Source: Ascidiella aspersa (lineage: Eukaryota). From it: a stretch of 64,000 bases of DNA. Shown here in pieces: positions 12,201 through 27,200 of the stretch. The stretch is taken from NCBI GenBank assembly GCA_963924565.1, contig OZ004608.1:13888001-13952000 (forward strand), written 5' to 3'. The notes below the pieces were generated by a model that did not search any database, had not been told where the DNA came from, and worked only from the letters and a program-made list of their open reading frames with translations. Positions within the stretch are counted from its first letter, which is position 1; each line of letters begins with the position of its first letter. A program made the translations under genes and the position numbers.

Positions 12201-15200
12201 CTACTAACTTAGTTAGATTAAAAATAATTTATGACGTCACAAAGTACCATTGTTGTTTATTCAGCAAAACTGACCATACTGCTGCTGTTTACCTATATAT
12301 CTAATTGTGCAGAACAACGTAGGTTAATTTAAGGTTGAACTGCTTATCAGGGAACGCTGTAAATGTGTGTTGTTCCAAAGGCGGTTAATGTATTTTTTGA
12401 TGTCAATCAAGAATATCACCGAGAAATTCAGCTCATCTCTTTGATATCAAGTTAGAGAAAAAAATAGCAAGAATTCGATATTTCAAAACGATTTGGCTCT
12501 TCACTGTTTACTACTTATTCCGTGACATCTTAACACAGAAAGTTTCAGCTATTGAGAGAAAACTAGTTCAAATTAACATCACAAAAAATGAAGATAGCCT
12601 GTCCCCAAGCAGAATTTACACTTGAAACTTGTTCAGGTATATTTTACAAAAATTCTGTTTAAGTCGGTTTCATGTTCTGTTAAAACATAAAGAATAAAAC
12701 AGGAAATTCAAACAATATAACGGAAAAATGTTCATTTTTTTAGACTGAGCTTGCATCAATATTAAAATTTGGTTTAACAATTCAGGTTTTTAAATTAATA
12801 TTACATTTTTGTAAAACTTGTTTGCCGACCTTTGAACATGTTAAATAATAATTGTGACACCGAATTAATCTATAGTGGTGCCACGTACGGCAACTTAACG
12901 GCAATTTTGCAGTCTAGCTGATTTGCTTACTGCATATCGGATTAATTAAGGCAATATAATGCCTCTGTAGACTGTAACCGTGGCCAAACAGTTAACTATA
13001 CCCATGTTCAGCCCACAGCCACTGTCCAACAAGAGCAGATTTAACCTTAGGTCACTCAAGCTTTCACAAACCTTGCTCATTTATAATTGTTACGAAACAA
13101 ACAAGAGCAATGCCTATTGTCACAGATAAAACTAATGCTCATGTTTTTTTGTCAGGACTGTCCCAATTGGTCGGATTGGAGTGAATACAGAGAATGCTCT
13201 CTTTCCTGCGGAGGTGGGAGTCAGATTAGGACAAGGATCTGTCTGCCACTTGGATCCGATTGTTCAGCCTATGGACCAAATGAAGAGACTCTTAAGTGTA
13301 ACGAACATGTAGGTCCCTCTTGCAATTTTCCAAGTCGTTATGTCTTTTTTTTAATTAATTTCAATGGAACACTAAGTCGGTTAATTGTAAACAATGATGA
13401 ATAAATGTTGTTCTACGGACTTGAAAAAGCGAAATTATAGTTAATTAGTTTGAGTATACTTGTCATGGTGCAAGAATATACCTGTTTTGATTTTTAAACA
13501 ATAGATAATTTAAAAATTAGGTCGATATATAAGTACGCTTGTCCGTTACAAATATAGTTCAGAAAGGAATTACGTCCTTCTGTTTAAGCCTACAAAATAC
13601 GCAGCAACCTATATTTATATATATATCGAAGGCAACAACCAATAGAGTATGCCAACCAGTTCTAACGCTCATACGATACGTGTTACTCTCCCGAGTCAAC
13701 CATTTAAGGCTTAGGCAAACATAAAAAAGGATGTTTTAACACTTTTTTGTTTTCTGTTTTTCAGAAATGCCCGACCTGGTCGCGATGGACTCCATGGGAC
13801 GACTGCTCAGTGACGTGTGGCATAGGGGAGAGGTCGCGCATGCGCATGTGCCTCAACGAGTACGGTGACGGCGGTTGCGATGGCGACGTCCTACAGTCGG
13901 AAGAATGCAACAACGGCGTAAGTTTTGTTTGTCTGTAAATCGACTAGTTGTTTTTGTATTTGGAATTTAGTTGTAAACATGTATGTGACACCAAGTTTAC
14001 AAAAAAATTGGCGTCTGAAAACTGGTGTATCCTTTAAAGTTGGGTATTTGGGCGTTGGCCGTTTAAAAATGTTTATTAAAGAAGAGTCTTAAGAGTATTT
14101 CGTAGCAGATTTGATTTAAAAAGGCGTGCTTTTGTTTCCGTGACTTTTCACAAAAACAAACAACTGGTTTATTGTATGAATAAATCATATTTTTAAAACA
14201 TGGCGGCCCGCGTTTAATGACCACTTGACTAACCCCCAAATGGTAGTTAAATAGCGAAACGTGACCTGGGCGTAGACGAATTGGTCTTAAGACTCGCCAA
14301 ATCGTAAACATAATGCGATTCAGGTCCCGAAATCAAACCGTAATAAAGTGTCCAACCTATATATATAAACTGTTTAAAATTATGTTATTATCCCCTGACA
14401 TGTGCGTTTGAATGCATTGATACTAGAAAACTACGGCGATTAATTTCGTGTTTTGTTACAAATGAATATGAATAGAAAATAGTAAACTTCCTCGCGCTTA
14501 GTGCATCGCATGTCCATAAATAGTCCAACAAAGTCCCAACAACGTTGGACCCTCTTAACAACAATAAGAAACGAATGTGCAACAACAAAGATTACTTTGG
14601 TACACTATGCACAGATCTGCAATGTAGCTTGATAATGAATTGCAAAGCCAAAAAGGTCGAGTAGATCGACATCATCTTGATTAAGACGTTTCGATACGAA
14701 CTTGCATCATCTTAAGTTAATGTCTTAATCAAGACGATGTCGATCTACTCGACATTTTTTACTTTGCAATTCATTATAAAGTTTACTTTCCATTAAACTC
14801 GATTAAACCACCTATGCGAGACCTTAACATATCCGATCACTCGCAGGATTGCCCGTTCTTCGACAACTGGACACCGTGGAGTGACTGCAGTGCAACATGT
14901 GGCGGCGGAGTTCGCTTACAAACCAGGAGCTGCACCAACGGCTATCCTGGAAGTCCCGGCTGCCTCGGAGACATACTCAATGACGACGATTGTAACATGC
15001 AGGTTCGCGGCGCTTGTGCGATGTTAAACTGTGTTCCCGGATATTTGGATGAATTTTGCAGCCTTTTAAACCGATTTGAAGTTAAATTTGACTTTTTTTC
15101 AGTTTACCCAAATTGGTTAGAATTACTGAATTCAGAATTCGCAAGCAGCATTTTAAAACTAAAATACAGTAGAATGAACCACGAAAGCAATTGCAGACTC

Positions 15201-18200
15201 ACCGAATCCGTCGATCAATGATGCATCTTTTTATTGAACAGTAGAAAAAAGTTAGAATTATCGGCACATTCCACTCAATTCGTCTGAATAGACCATGGAC
15301 CATGGTTCCAGACCATGGTTCTCTTTCTAAACCACACCAGAAACGTACACAAAAATATATTTACGTTTACTCATTAGTACCATTTGGTTGTAATTCTGAC
15401 ACGAAAGATTTTTCTCTCCTTGAAATTTAATTTACCATGGCATTAAATTAGCCCTCAGTTTACTGCACGACTTTGACGTAAAAATCACTTTCGCTGCTTA
15501 ACTAATTTCAGCATAAAACAACTAAGTGTGGACAACTGAAGCTAAAACATAAGGCAGAAAACACAGAGTCGAAAGTTGCCGTGTAATCAATGGCTAATTC
15601 CATTTTCGTTGCAGCCGTGTCCGGTCTGGACGCCGTGGGGCGAGTGGTCGGACTGCAGCAGAACTTGCGGATACGACTCCCGAAGGTCGCGGGTTCGAAC
15701 CTGCAACAACGGATCACCCGGCCAAGTTGGCTGCATCGGTGCGGACCGCGCTTCGGAATCTTGCGGCCTTGGCGTGAGTTTATATTCATTTTGGTTTGCA
15801 GCTAAGACAAAACGCGGTTTAGAATCGTACCTGACGACCAGCAGTGCATTCACACTTGACATTACACTTAAGCAACCCATTTTAAGTTTAACGCTTGGTC
15901 ACTGTATTAAAACTGAAGTCATTGGTTTCTTCAACGACGAATTACCTTTCAAAAGCGTTTTCACTATACAATTGCAACCGTAATTGACTTTGGAAGCATA
16001 AAACAGGAAACAGGAAATGGTGAATTTTCAGCAATACATAAAAAAGCTTCACATTTCGTCTTCAATAAATTCCACATTACGTTTCAGCTTTGTCCCTTCT
16101 GGGCGGCCTGGGCGTCGTGGGGCAGCTGCACGAAAACTTGCGGCGGTGGAGTGATGTCCCGAACCCGAGTGTGCATCAATAACAGGAACGGTTTCGACGA
16201 TTGTGGCCTCGACAGCTCAATGGTGGTCGGATGCAACTTGCAGGTACGTGTTTTTTGTTCCTTGTATATATGTTTTTCAATGGTTTGTTATGCCTCGAGA
16301 GAGTTGCAAGTCAGTGCATTCTGGGCGCATTTACGGTTGCGACACAACGATATAAACTTTAAAAGCATAATTATTTACCCAGCTGGTGCATTTTTGGTTG
16401 GCAGTTTTTTGCAAAGATTTATATGTAGTTTATCTAACCATTGTGTAGCAAGAAAATTTTTTCTCAGCATCAAGTATAGTACGTAGAATAAAAAAGAAAA
16501 GTTCATGCAGTTGATTCAATTAGAAAACGAATACTAACTCAATAAAACTTTATACTTTATTTAGGACGTTCAAACTTGATGTTAGCAGTCGGTATTAATT
16601 GTTCTCGTTCGCATTTTAATTAGAACTGTCCGAGCTGGAGCCCATGGGGCGACTTCGACGAGTGTAGCAACGATTGCGGCATCGGACTGCGTTCCCGAAA
16701 CCGAACATGCGTCGACGGATACCCCAACGACGACGGATGTATCGGACCTGAATCGGACACGGAGATATGCACGGGAACGGTAGGTGTTTTTGTTTACTAT
16801 ACGAGATGTGTAATCAGCGGTTGCCGGTGTGCTGTCAGGAGTAGTAAGTTTTGGTTACAACCCAGAACTTCAATTAGGGGATTTCTGGCTTGCCAAATGT
16901 ACAACCTTGACCTTCACTGAATAAAAAGCTAGAAAGCGATCGTAAATTTAGCGAAATATTTTAAAGTTTTTTTGTGAACATACGATGAATGACTTAATCT
17001 ACCAGAATTTTTGGGCTTCTTAAATTAACTTATTTTAAAATCGTAAATACAAGTGTTATATGTGCTCTTTTTTCGATAAAAGATTAATTTTAAGAAAAAA
17101 AGGCCCCAAAGCGTTTCAGCTCAAACAAACGTTGTACAAAAATCACGTTTTTCGTGCTCAATTTTTTTTTAGACTTTGCATTACTTTTGTTGCGTTACGC
17201 GTTATTTATATATATATATATATACATATTGTTATGAAACACGTAAATATATAACCAAGCTCCGGCCTTCTATAACCTTAATCACAAGTTTAATAAAATT
17301 CGTCTTAGCCTGTGTTCGAATTTTTGTCAGACCTTGCATTGCTTTTGTTGTAGGATTGCGTAACGTGGACTCAGTGGGCTTCCTGGAGCAGCTGCTCGGT
17401 GTCTTGCGGCATCGGCCTGCGTTCCCATTCGAGAATATGCCTCAGGAACGGCTTGCCCTCGGTCGGCTGCCGGGGCTACAGACAAGTTGAGGAGACCTGT
17501 TACGGCCAGGTGAGCCTGAAAAATTGATATGCATCGGCCTACAGCAAGCCAGCGGTTTATTACTTATCGTATCTTAAAACTTAAAAAAGGTTAATCTGGT
17601 AAAAACAAAAATTTAGTAATAATTTGCCTTGAAACGCCCAATATCGTGAATATTATTAAAGGCCATTAATGCTCTTAGCTTTAAAAGATTGCATTAGACA
17701 TTGCTTCCCTTCTCCATATCTTTATTTTTTTGCAATTATTATGTTAAATTTGCCAAATTACCATTCGAGTTGTTAACTACGATCTGAAATAACTCCCAGA
17801 TTAAGAACCCGGAAAGCGTTCCGATATGTTAAGTAGGATATCATTATTCCACAAAACAACAACAATAAAAACGCGAGACACAATTGTAATATCTTATTTT
17901 TAAGCGTGTAGAAAAAGCCTTGGGGGCAACGGTCTTTCAAAATAATAGTATGAGTGTAAATAAATGTTATATATATGTTAGGCACAAATGACAAAAAATG
18001 TAGTTATACAATTATAGTTGTATAAGACATTCGATCATTCGGTGTATCTTGAATGTAATAAGTTTTTCGACGAAGTTTTGTTGCACATGTGACAAGAAAC
18101 TTGATCTACGAGTATAAAGGGTTTGTACACAAAGAACGTTGTAACCTGAAAAAGCAAGTTGACACGTATGCGTACGATTTAGGCTTGTCCGACTTGGTCG

Positions 18201-21200
18201 ATGTGGAGTTACTGGACCAGTTGCTCGGAATCATGCGCGGGAGGCATTCGCAATCGAAACCGAATCTGTGTCAATGACAACGCGGAGGAAACCTTGTGCG
18301 AAGGGCCGAGGGCCGAAGCGGAAACCTGCAATCTAAATGTAAGTATTTGCTTCTCAACTCTTTTCGCGACGGCCCAAGCATTAAGCGTGTTTAGAACAGT
18401 GGCGCATTGGCGACCCTGTTTTCTTCACTGAACTATTTTAAGCGAACAAAACATAACACGTTAGCATTCATGAGCCGAATTTAATTACTGTAAGTATTTT
18501 TCCCCATTTTTTTAATATTGAAGAAATGTAGCTCAGAACCAATCTCAATAAATCTAACCATATAAAACTGTACTACAGTTGGAGACCCAACTTATTTAAA
18601 TGGCGTCACTCAACTTCGGGTTGCGGCCCATGGGTTTTGAGAAACACTGATATATATCATGCAGTTAATTAAATTTGAAGGAGCTTGGAAATAAGCCACG
18701 CAGTTTGTGTTTACCATATAAGCAGTCGTTTATTTGCTTTTAGTTTGTTTCTCACATTATATATTTTTGTTGTTCCGGTTTAAAATTGCTTTGTTAATTC
18801 AATCTAAGGGAAAATAGTGCTTTGTTCGTTTTTCCATTGCCATTGGATACTGTATCGTTTCCCCAATTGCTTTAAAAAAACATGAAGCAATATGTAAAAC
18901 TTATAAAAATTCATTTATTATGTGAAAAAATAATCAAAAACGCGCAAACAGCATTAGAATTTTAATGTCTAATCGTTTGTCTTTTTATCGGCAATGTGTT
19001 TTCACAGTGTGTTGAATTTCGTTCTCTCTCAAACTTTATCATTTTTGTTCCTCCAGGAATGTCCGTTTTGGAGCACGTGGACGGAGACGGTGTCCTGCAC
19101 TGCATCCTGTGGAGGTGGAATTCGCGTGTCGGTCAGGACTTGCGTTGGATCAACGGATGGACGCGGTTGCCGAGGTCCAACCAGGAGGGAGACCTTCTGC
19201 AACGGAAACGTAGGATTTAAGGGGAAAAAATCTATGTTTTATAATGTGAAATGAGTGGACGTGAAATTGAAGTCATTTGATTGTTGACTAATAGATTGTT
19301 ATAGTATCAAGCTTGGTTTAATATTAAGCTTTTCGAAACTCTATGCCAATTTAGTAATTGATTTTACCATCTTATCTTAAGACTTTGATTAACTTTTTAA
19401 TATTTCTCTCTTTTATTTGAATTATAATATGGTTAAATGCGACTTTCTTTTAAAAAGTGAATGCATTTTGATCGCTCAACCGACAAACTTTATATTTTTC
19501 CATTATTATAAAAAAAATCATACTCAACTCCGGCCTTCCATAACAGTTATCACTCGTTTAATAAAATAAGACTTGTAAGCAATGCCCATATGATTAACAT
19601 TGATGATTTGCGATATAAGTTCCACTTTTGAGCATTTAACTTTTCTTGCCTTTTACTCTCAATGTCACCTGAATAACGCTTTATTTCGCCTTGACAGTCG
19701 TGCCCGACCTGGTCGTTCTGGGGCCAGTGGTCGAGCTGCTCACAGTCTTGCGGATTCGGCATACGAACACACACGCGTACCTGTATGTACGGAGATGTGG
19801 GCACCGAAGGATGTGTCGGTTTAGTCTCCAATTCATCAGCGTGCTTTACAAGGGTAAGTCACCTCGTTGGTCTTTTCCAAGTGAAAGGCGCATTCGATCC
19901 TTTGGACGAGGATTTTTTTTTCGCTTGAACACTGTATACTGTAGTTTATTGATCATTATGGGAATGGATTACTTTCGGTTTATATTATATATGTATAAAA
20001 TTGAAATTTAAATATAAATTTATTTTTATTTAACATGTCTAAAACCAAAGTAAACATACGTTCAATTATTTTCTGTGCCCCCAATATAAAAATAGCAATG
20101 TGCATATACACATTTTATTTATGTTTTACATGTTTAAACAATTATTTTTAGTACAACCCCATATTAAAACCCAATTTATTTGTCAAATAATTATGCGCAT
20201 ATGAATGGTAGGACTTTTACAAATACTGCTTTTAGCTAATCGATTTGAGATTAATCACAGAAGGTAGATTAAATTACTGGTCAAGTGTTGAACTAGTTAA
20301 AACAATACAAAGCGAGCTTTACATTACCAGTGGCCACTTTTGAGTGTCAGGTTTATCATCATGTTTCGCCTTTAAAACAAAACCTGAGCATTTTTGATCG
20401 TTGAGTATAACTGCCCAATTTCAAGTCGTTGTCCGTCAACCACCGCGCAATCTGGACAGCACAAATGTACAATTCCTTGACTCCTTGTTTTGCGCAGGAT
20501 TGTCCGAGCTGGGCGACTTGGGGTGATTGGAGCAGCTGTTCGCGAACTTGCGGCGGTGGAAGCCAGAACCGCGTCCGCTATTGCCAGAACGGCGACCGCG
20601 GCATGAATGGATGTCTCGGAGACTTTGTGCAGAGCGTCGTCTGCGCCTCGCAGGTTTGTTATTTAGTGGTGATAGTGTTTAGACAAATGTGTTATAAACT
20701 ATATAAATGTTTTGTGGTGTCTTTAAATATACGTTTATCTAAAAAATAAAAAAATTGGTTTGTATTTAACGTTTTTATCATTTTAATATAAAATAGCTTG
20801 AATTGTCATCAGGTTATACGGTTTGGGTATTTTATTAGTCCGTTTAGATGTTTACTCCCAATCCTAAGATACCACCTTGAACCACCCTTTAAACATCTAA
20901 GCTAATACTACAATTTGTTCTTTTACAAGAAATTCATCAAGAAATTATATGGATACTCTAATAAACTCGCAATTTATGCACATATAGTCAGGAAATAAAT
21001 CTTTACATTGCACAATGATCTTTACATTTGCACAAGCACATGTATACTGAATTTCGCTAGCTTTTTTCGTTATAGTAAGCAAGCGATTTATTTCAACGCT
21101 TTGTACGTAAATTGTCGATCTTTTGACTACGCTTTGCGTTGATTTTATTTTCCATAGTCGATCTATTTATTTTTCTTGCTACATCGCAAAGCAGCGATAA

Positions 21201-24200
21201 AATAACGACCGCTTATACTTGCTGTTGCCGTTTTCGCAGTCTTGTCCGTACTGGAACAACTGGAGCGTGTGGAGCGAATGTTCAAGGACTTGCGGCGGCG
21301 GGGAAAGGTCCCACGTGAGAACTTGCAACAACGGCGAGCCCGGGGACGCCGGGTGCAGGGGAAGCACCTTCCAGCAGGACCGCTGCAGCGTTGAGGTGAG
21401 TTGAAGTGAAGTTGACAATGCAAAACGTTAGTCACCTCGTTTTTATTTTCGGAAAGCTGTCGGTTATTTTTTGTATTAAAATTAAGATGGTGTAAGTAGA
21501 GTTGAAAAGTGGAATGGTGTTGTTCGCATCGTGCTGACACTTGCTGTCTGTTGTGAGAAATTTACTAATTTCGGCAGATACAACTTCGCTATATGATAGC
21601 CATGTCGCTACGTCATTACTAAACTCTAAGTGTGGAAAAAAGCATCCAAACCATTTACAGCAAGGTGTTTCCGCCTTCCAATGTTAAGATTAAAAGCCAA
21701 ATACGAAGTTTTTGTTCTTTATGATAACTGTTTTGGGGAGACCAAGAGCATTTGGGAGATCTAGAGCAAATGTGTAGAAAGTTGTCTGACCTTATTAAGA
21801 TTTTATAGGTTTCATTCAATTCCTTGTTATTCGGTCAAAATTAGCAATGTCTTGTTGCAATTACGTTTGTGACTGAGCCAATTTAGCTATTTCGTATTTT
21901 ATTTGTCTCTGATTGCCGATCATTAATAAGGCCATCCTTTTCTACAGGACTGTCCTATGTTCTCGGACTGGGGCGAGTGGTCGTCGTGTACGGCTACGTG
22001 CGGTGTTGGCGTCCGTTCTCACGTGCGTACTTGCTTGTACGGAGTGTTCGGACAGGAAGGCTGCGACGGAGGCGAACTGATCGAACGCAACGAATGCTTT
22101 GCTGGCGTAAGTTCCGAATATTAGAAAGCTATACAATAGGGAAACTGTACACATTAACTAAAGACGATACAAGCTCGTATCGCAACGTCTTAATAATCAA
22201 GATGATGGCGATCTACTCGACCTTTTTGGCTTTACAATTTATTATCAAACTTTATACAATAGGGTTGTTAAAAAAACACTTTTTTTGTCGAATTTCAGCG
22301 GGGAACCCCTGGAATTGTTAGGTTGCGTCTAAGTCTAAAAAAAAAGTTAAAAATTTTTCAAGTGGAGAATAATTTTTTTCATTCGAAAAATGTAACCTCA
22401 ATTAAATTGATGTAGATCGTTAAAACTGAACTAAACGTGCCCAGATTTGGTTTGTGGGATTTTGAGACGTAGCCTAAAAATTTCACGGGGTACATACTAA
22501 AATTCGAAAAAATGCGTATTTTGGACAATCCTACTATACATTCACTGAACTCGCATCAAAAATGACGTACAAAAATTGGAAACTAAAAATAATTTTTAAG
22601 TTTTAAGTAAGATACTGATGATGCTTTCATAGAAGTAGATATATTTATATTCTTAGCAAACTAACTTTCTATTTCTAAGATATAACTTCATGACTTTGTG
22701 CAAATATATAGAATTGTTTATTTTCGCCATTCACAATTAGGCTTCAAAATAAAATAATTCAAGTCAATTTAATGACCATGTTCGTTAGAAGATGTTAGAA
22801 ATTATATTTGTTTATATAGATTTATGTTAAAGGTAATTGCAACGTAATTAAACGATGTAAATGCTTACTAGTTCGGCCAATCGTTTTCTCAAAATTCCCA
22901 GAATTTTTATTTAGAAATTACAATATTTACATCAAATTATGTAAAAGTTGATTGCAACCTGTTTAAAAGACGTAAAAGCAAAACTATTCGGCCATCAATT
23001 TTCCGAAAATTCCCAGAAACGCCTGGAATTACATATCAAGTTCAGCCATTGTTTTATTTAAGTGCTTAGACATTTCGGTCTAAACTCAACTTACTTACAA
23101 TTAATTCTGCTAAAATTGATTTGCGATTTTTTTAAAGCGACTTTAAGTCATTTCATCCATGCGTCATTCTACTAAAAAATACCCAACGTCCAACAACTTG
23201 GTTTTACAGTCTTGTCCTTCCTGGTCGTCATGGAACTCGTGGGGAGATTGCAGCTTGTCGTGTGGAGGCGGAATCCAATCCCACTCCCGCGTTTGTCTCA
23301 TAGATGGCGCCGAGGCAGGGGGGTGTCCCGGAACATCGGTCGCTTACCAGACCTGCAACTCGCCGGTAAGTTGATAGTGGCGTAAGGGTACTCCGTATAA
23401 ATTTTGTGCAGTTTAGCTTTTCTTGTAACCATGTCTTTTTATTAAATTATTTTTACTTTATAACACAACTTATGACACAACAGCGTTTTTAAAAACAAGA
23501 TTTTTCGGTGTAAGTTTGGTATAAGTTTTCGACCCTAATTTTGATCATGTTCTATTTTTGGTGGGCTTTCGTGGGTTTAACTATTCATCGCATCAAGTTG
23601 TTGGTACTTATGAAGTGCGTGTTGCTTTTTAATGTTTATTTGATTTGAATACGCTTAACTATGTCTTTTCTGACTTCGGCATTGTATCTGCTTCTTATGG
23701 ATTGTGTCTGTTCAATAAATCGAACGGCTACTACTGGATTTCATTTAATTATTTCTTAAGATGACAACTACCGCCAAAGCACTGTTTTGTTAAACCGGTT
23801 CAGTACACCCCATGGGGTACGCGGACTAGTTTTAGGAGGTACATGAAGTCCTATTTGAGTTTAAAAAGTGGAACAAATCTTATAAAATAAATAGCTTAAA
23901 AAATACACTTCGGCACTTTTTTAAACAACAAATTCAGTTTTACATTTTTTTTCTAATTTATCGATAATATCAAAAGACACAAAATCCAACTTTGCTTCAA
24001 AAAATCTAACGCTCCTCTCTTTGGTGACCCTCATCAGGCTTGCGTCTTCTGGAGCACGTGGAATCCGTGGAGAAGATGCAGTTTGACCTGTGGAGGTGGA
24101 AACAGACTCCGGACTCGCATGTGCTTCAACGGAGAACCGGGAGATGAGGGATGTTCGGGAGCACAGGCCGAGAACGAGTCCTGCAACGACCAGGTGGGAA

Positions 24201-27200
24201 CCGAGAGAAACAATCGATAAGAGTTTCGAGAACGTAATCCGAGCCCTGTGTTTTTTTATTCATGGCGTGAATTAAACCTATAGCAATCGTTAAAGAAATA
24301 AAAATATTGGACAAAGGAAAGATCTGCTGAGGGGTTATTTTACCGAAGGCCCTTGTATGGCCACTTGTTTTATAAAAAGTTATATATATGGCTATGCCTT
24401 GATTTCTTTGAAGCTAACTCTTTTAAGCACTATGACATGTTATTTAGATGCTCTATTGCCGTTGATGTACGGATACGGATACCGTTTATTGACGAGTGCG
24501 TCTTTTTTCCAGGATTGTCCATCTTGGGCGGTCTGGGGTGAATGGGCAGCTTGTAGTTCCACCTGCGGAGGAGGACGTACGTTCCGGTTCCGGAAGTGCT
24601 CTAACGGAGCTTACGGATCACCCGGATGCGAGGGATCCTATCGGGAAGCTCAGGACTGCAACTTGGAGGTTCGTCCTAAATTATAAGCCTTCCTTAGATT
24701 ATAGGTATCTATTTCTGCTACTCTCTTACTCCGACATTGCGTTGGCCTACGTAAATTATGTGATTTTCCAAAAGTCTTTAGTGAAATTAAAATCAAAATT
24801 TATCATGATCTTAGCTGGATCACTTTAAATTTTATTCAGTCTAAACCTTAACCCGATCTGCTTTTGTACGATTTATGTAAACGGACTTATAATGAAAGGC
24901 TAGAACACAACGACTAAAATAAACGAAAAAAGAAAAACTGCACTCAAAAAAACAAGTTTTATTCCATACCCTAAAAACAGGACTTATTCTTTTCCCAAAT
25001 TGAAAAAAATGTGTAAGTCAGGTGGCACTGCTAAAAAAAGCAAAATACTGTTAAATTACGGTGTACAAAAGATTGGATATTATCATAATTTGTATTTTTT
25101 CATTGCAATGTTACGACTGACGTGTCTCAATGCTTTACTAACCTTTGTCTGTCTGTCAAACGATGATATGCTGTCCTTCGCAGTTAACAAGTGCATTGTC
25201 ATGTATCGAGAGGTTCCATATCTCGCATTTTGTACCGCAATTTTATTGCGCAGTAGAAATAGTTGCTTTAAAGGGCAATGCTCGCAGTAACCAAGCGTAA
25301 GCATAGCAATGCAACGGCATAGCAACCTAGAACGGGGTCGATAAATCATTTTCCACCTGAATTGCAACAGTTATCCTGTGGTCTTGGCAGCTGTTACATT
25401 TACCATATTGTCTCCAGCCTTGCCCGACTTGGACCACCTGGAGTGAGCTGTCAGATTGCTCCGTGACTTGCGGAAGAGGAACACGTTCCCGCTCCCGATC
25501 CTGCTCCGGATCCGGATGCGGCGCGAGGTCTCTCGACACCAGCACGATCTCCTGCATCCGTGGGGTAAGGAGCTATCTCTTGGAAACCAGTCGGTTTTCC
25601 CGTAAAATTGTTCTTGTATTTGTATGATCGTTGTTTAAAGTCCTTTCTGCTCTGTAGTAGACATAATACAAAATAGAATTAAACAATTAAACATACATGT
25701 TGTGCATTGTACAGCAACATGTAGTTTAAAGCAGTGATTCTGAACTCCCACGATTAAATGCTGCTTTCAATTCACTCAAATGCAAACTGTATGACCGTAA
25801 TATCCCAATTATAACTAAGGATATTTCATCTTATTGGTAGATACATTCTACAAGATCTAGTTTAGATACATTTATTGGATACAAAACCTCCTCAATGTCT
25901 ACAGTTACGAGGATGCGAAAATCCTAAAAAATAGAAACATCAAATTATGCAAAAATAATTCCTTCATTCAACCCTATCTGTTCGTAAACCCTTCTAACAG
26001 TTTAAGAAAACATTGGTTTACATTTTTTTTCTAACAGTTTAAGAAACATTGGTTTACATCGTACGACTCTGGTAACAGCAAAAATGCCGCTTGTATAACT
26101 TTTAAAGAGTTGACTATATTTAAAGAAAAAAACAAACCTTTTAAATGGAAAAAATAAACAATCCAATCGCAGTTGGTTTATGTTTGCGTTTCCCTCTTTC
26201 GCAGGAGTGCGCCTACTGGACCGACTGGAGTCCGTGGGGCTCGTGCAGTCACAGCTGCGGGGACGTCGGTAGGCACACCAGACTCAGGCAGTGCATTGGT
26301 GGAAGCCCTGGAGATGTTGGATGCTCAGGATTGCCGATCGACCAAGACTCTTGCGGCGGACAGGTAAGGAATCGCATATAAAACGATACTGCTTCCAAAA
26401 GTTATAAAAAATAGAAATTGGGCATTAGCTTCTTTTTTTGAAGCATAACCCCACCATATGATTTTGTGGCATAAATAGGGTACTTTGCGCTTCGGAGTTG
26501 CTTTATTCTCACGGTTGAAAGGAAGTTTGTCATCATGTGCCAAACCTAGCGTACATCACATCTTGCTCTGTCACTAAATCTCTTATAGTTTTACCGAAGT
26601 ATATATGTATTGATCAATGTGTATGGTATAACTTTACTAAGGCGAACGCAATGTGAATTCAATAATTTTCTATACCAATTTTTAAAAGGCTTTTTTAATA
26701 ACTTTGGTATACACCAGCCGTTCACAGGTTTTAACTCATTGTGTATGAGTAACAACCTAACCGATACCTTTTCTCTTTTGATACCCTTGACTGTATAGCA
26801 ATCAAATGTTTTGGCTATTATCGTAGTGTAAGATCGGCGTAAGCACACACACCATCGTCATGCAATGCGTTTATATCTAGCGCCGATTGGATGATCTACT
26901 TTAGGTATTAATTGGATACAAAAACCTCCTCAATGTCTCCCCCTTATCCGTTCTTTTAGATTTGTCCAAGCTGGTCAGATTGGAGCGCTTGGTCGGACTG
27001 CAACCGCGACTGCGGCGGTGGACTGATGACGCACACTCGCGAGTGCAACAACGGAAATCCGGGTCAGCAGGGATGCACCGGGCCCTACGTCGAACAGAGG
27101 TTCTGCAACGGAAACGTAAGTTAAAAAAAAATATTCCGGTATACCTTTGCACAAATATTTCCTTTCTTTTTAGTTTAGGAAAAAATGAAATTAAAGAATT

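Noticed and set aside
11404-13155. Hidden exon or nested gene in the longest intron
   Set aside because: No TSR-like or other credible coding segment; it looks like decayed repeat sequence whose ends I could not define.
13800-13825. CSVTCG CD36-binding motif (also cassettes 27, 63, 70, 77)
   Set aside because: It is simply the TSR consensus and implies no specific function.
22614-22655. Additional hammerhead-like CTGATGA motif
   Set aside because: No GAAA box or convincing stem I.
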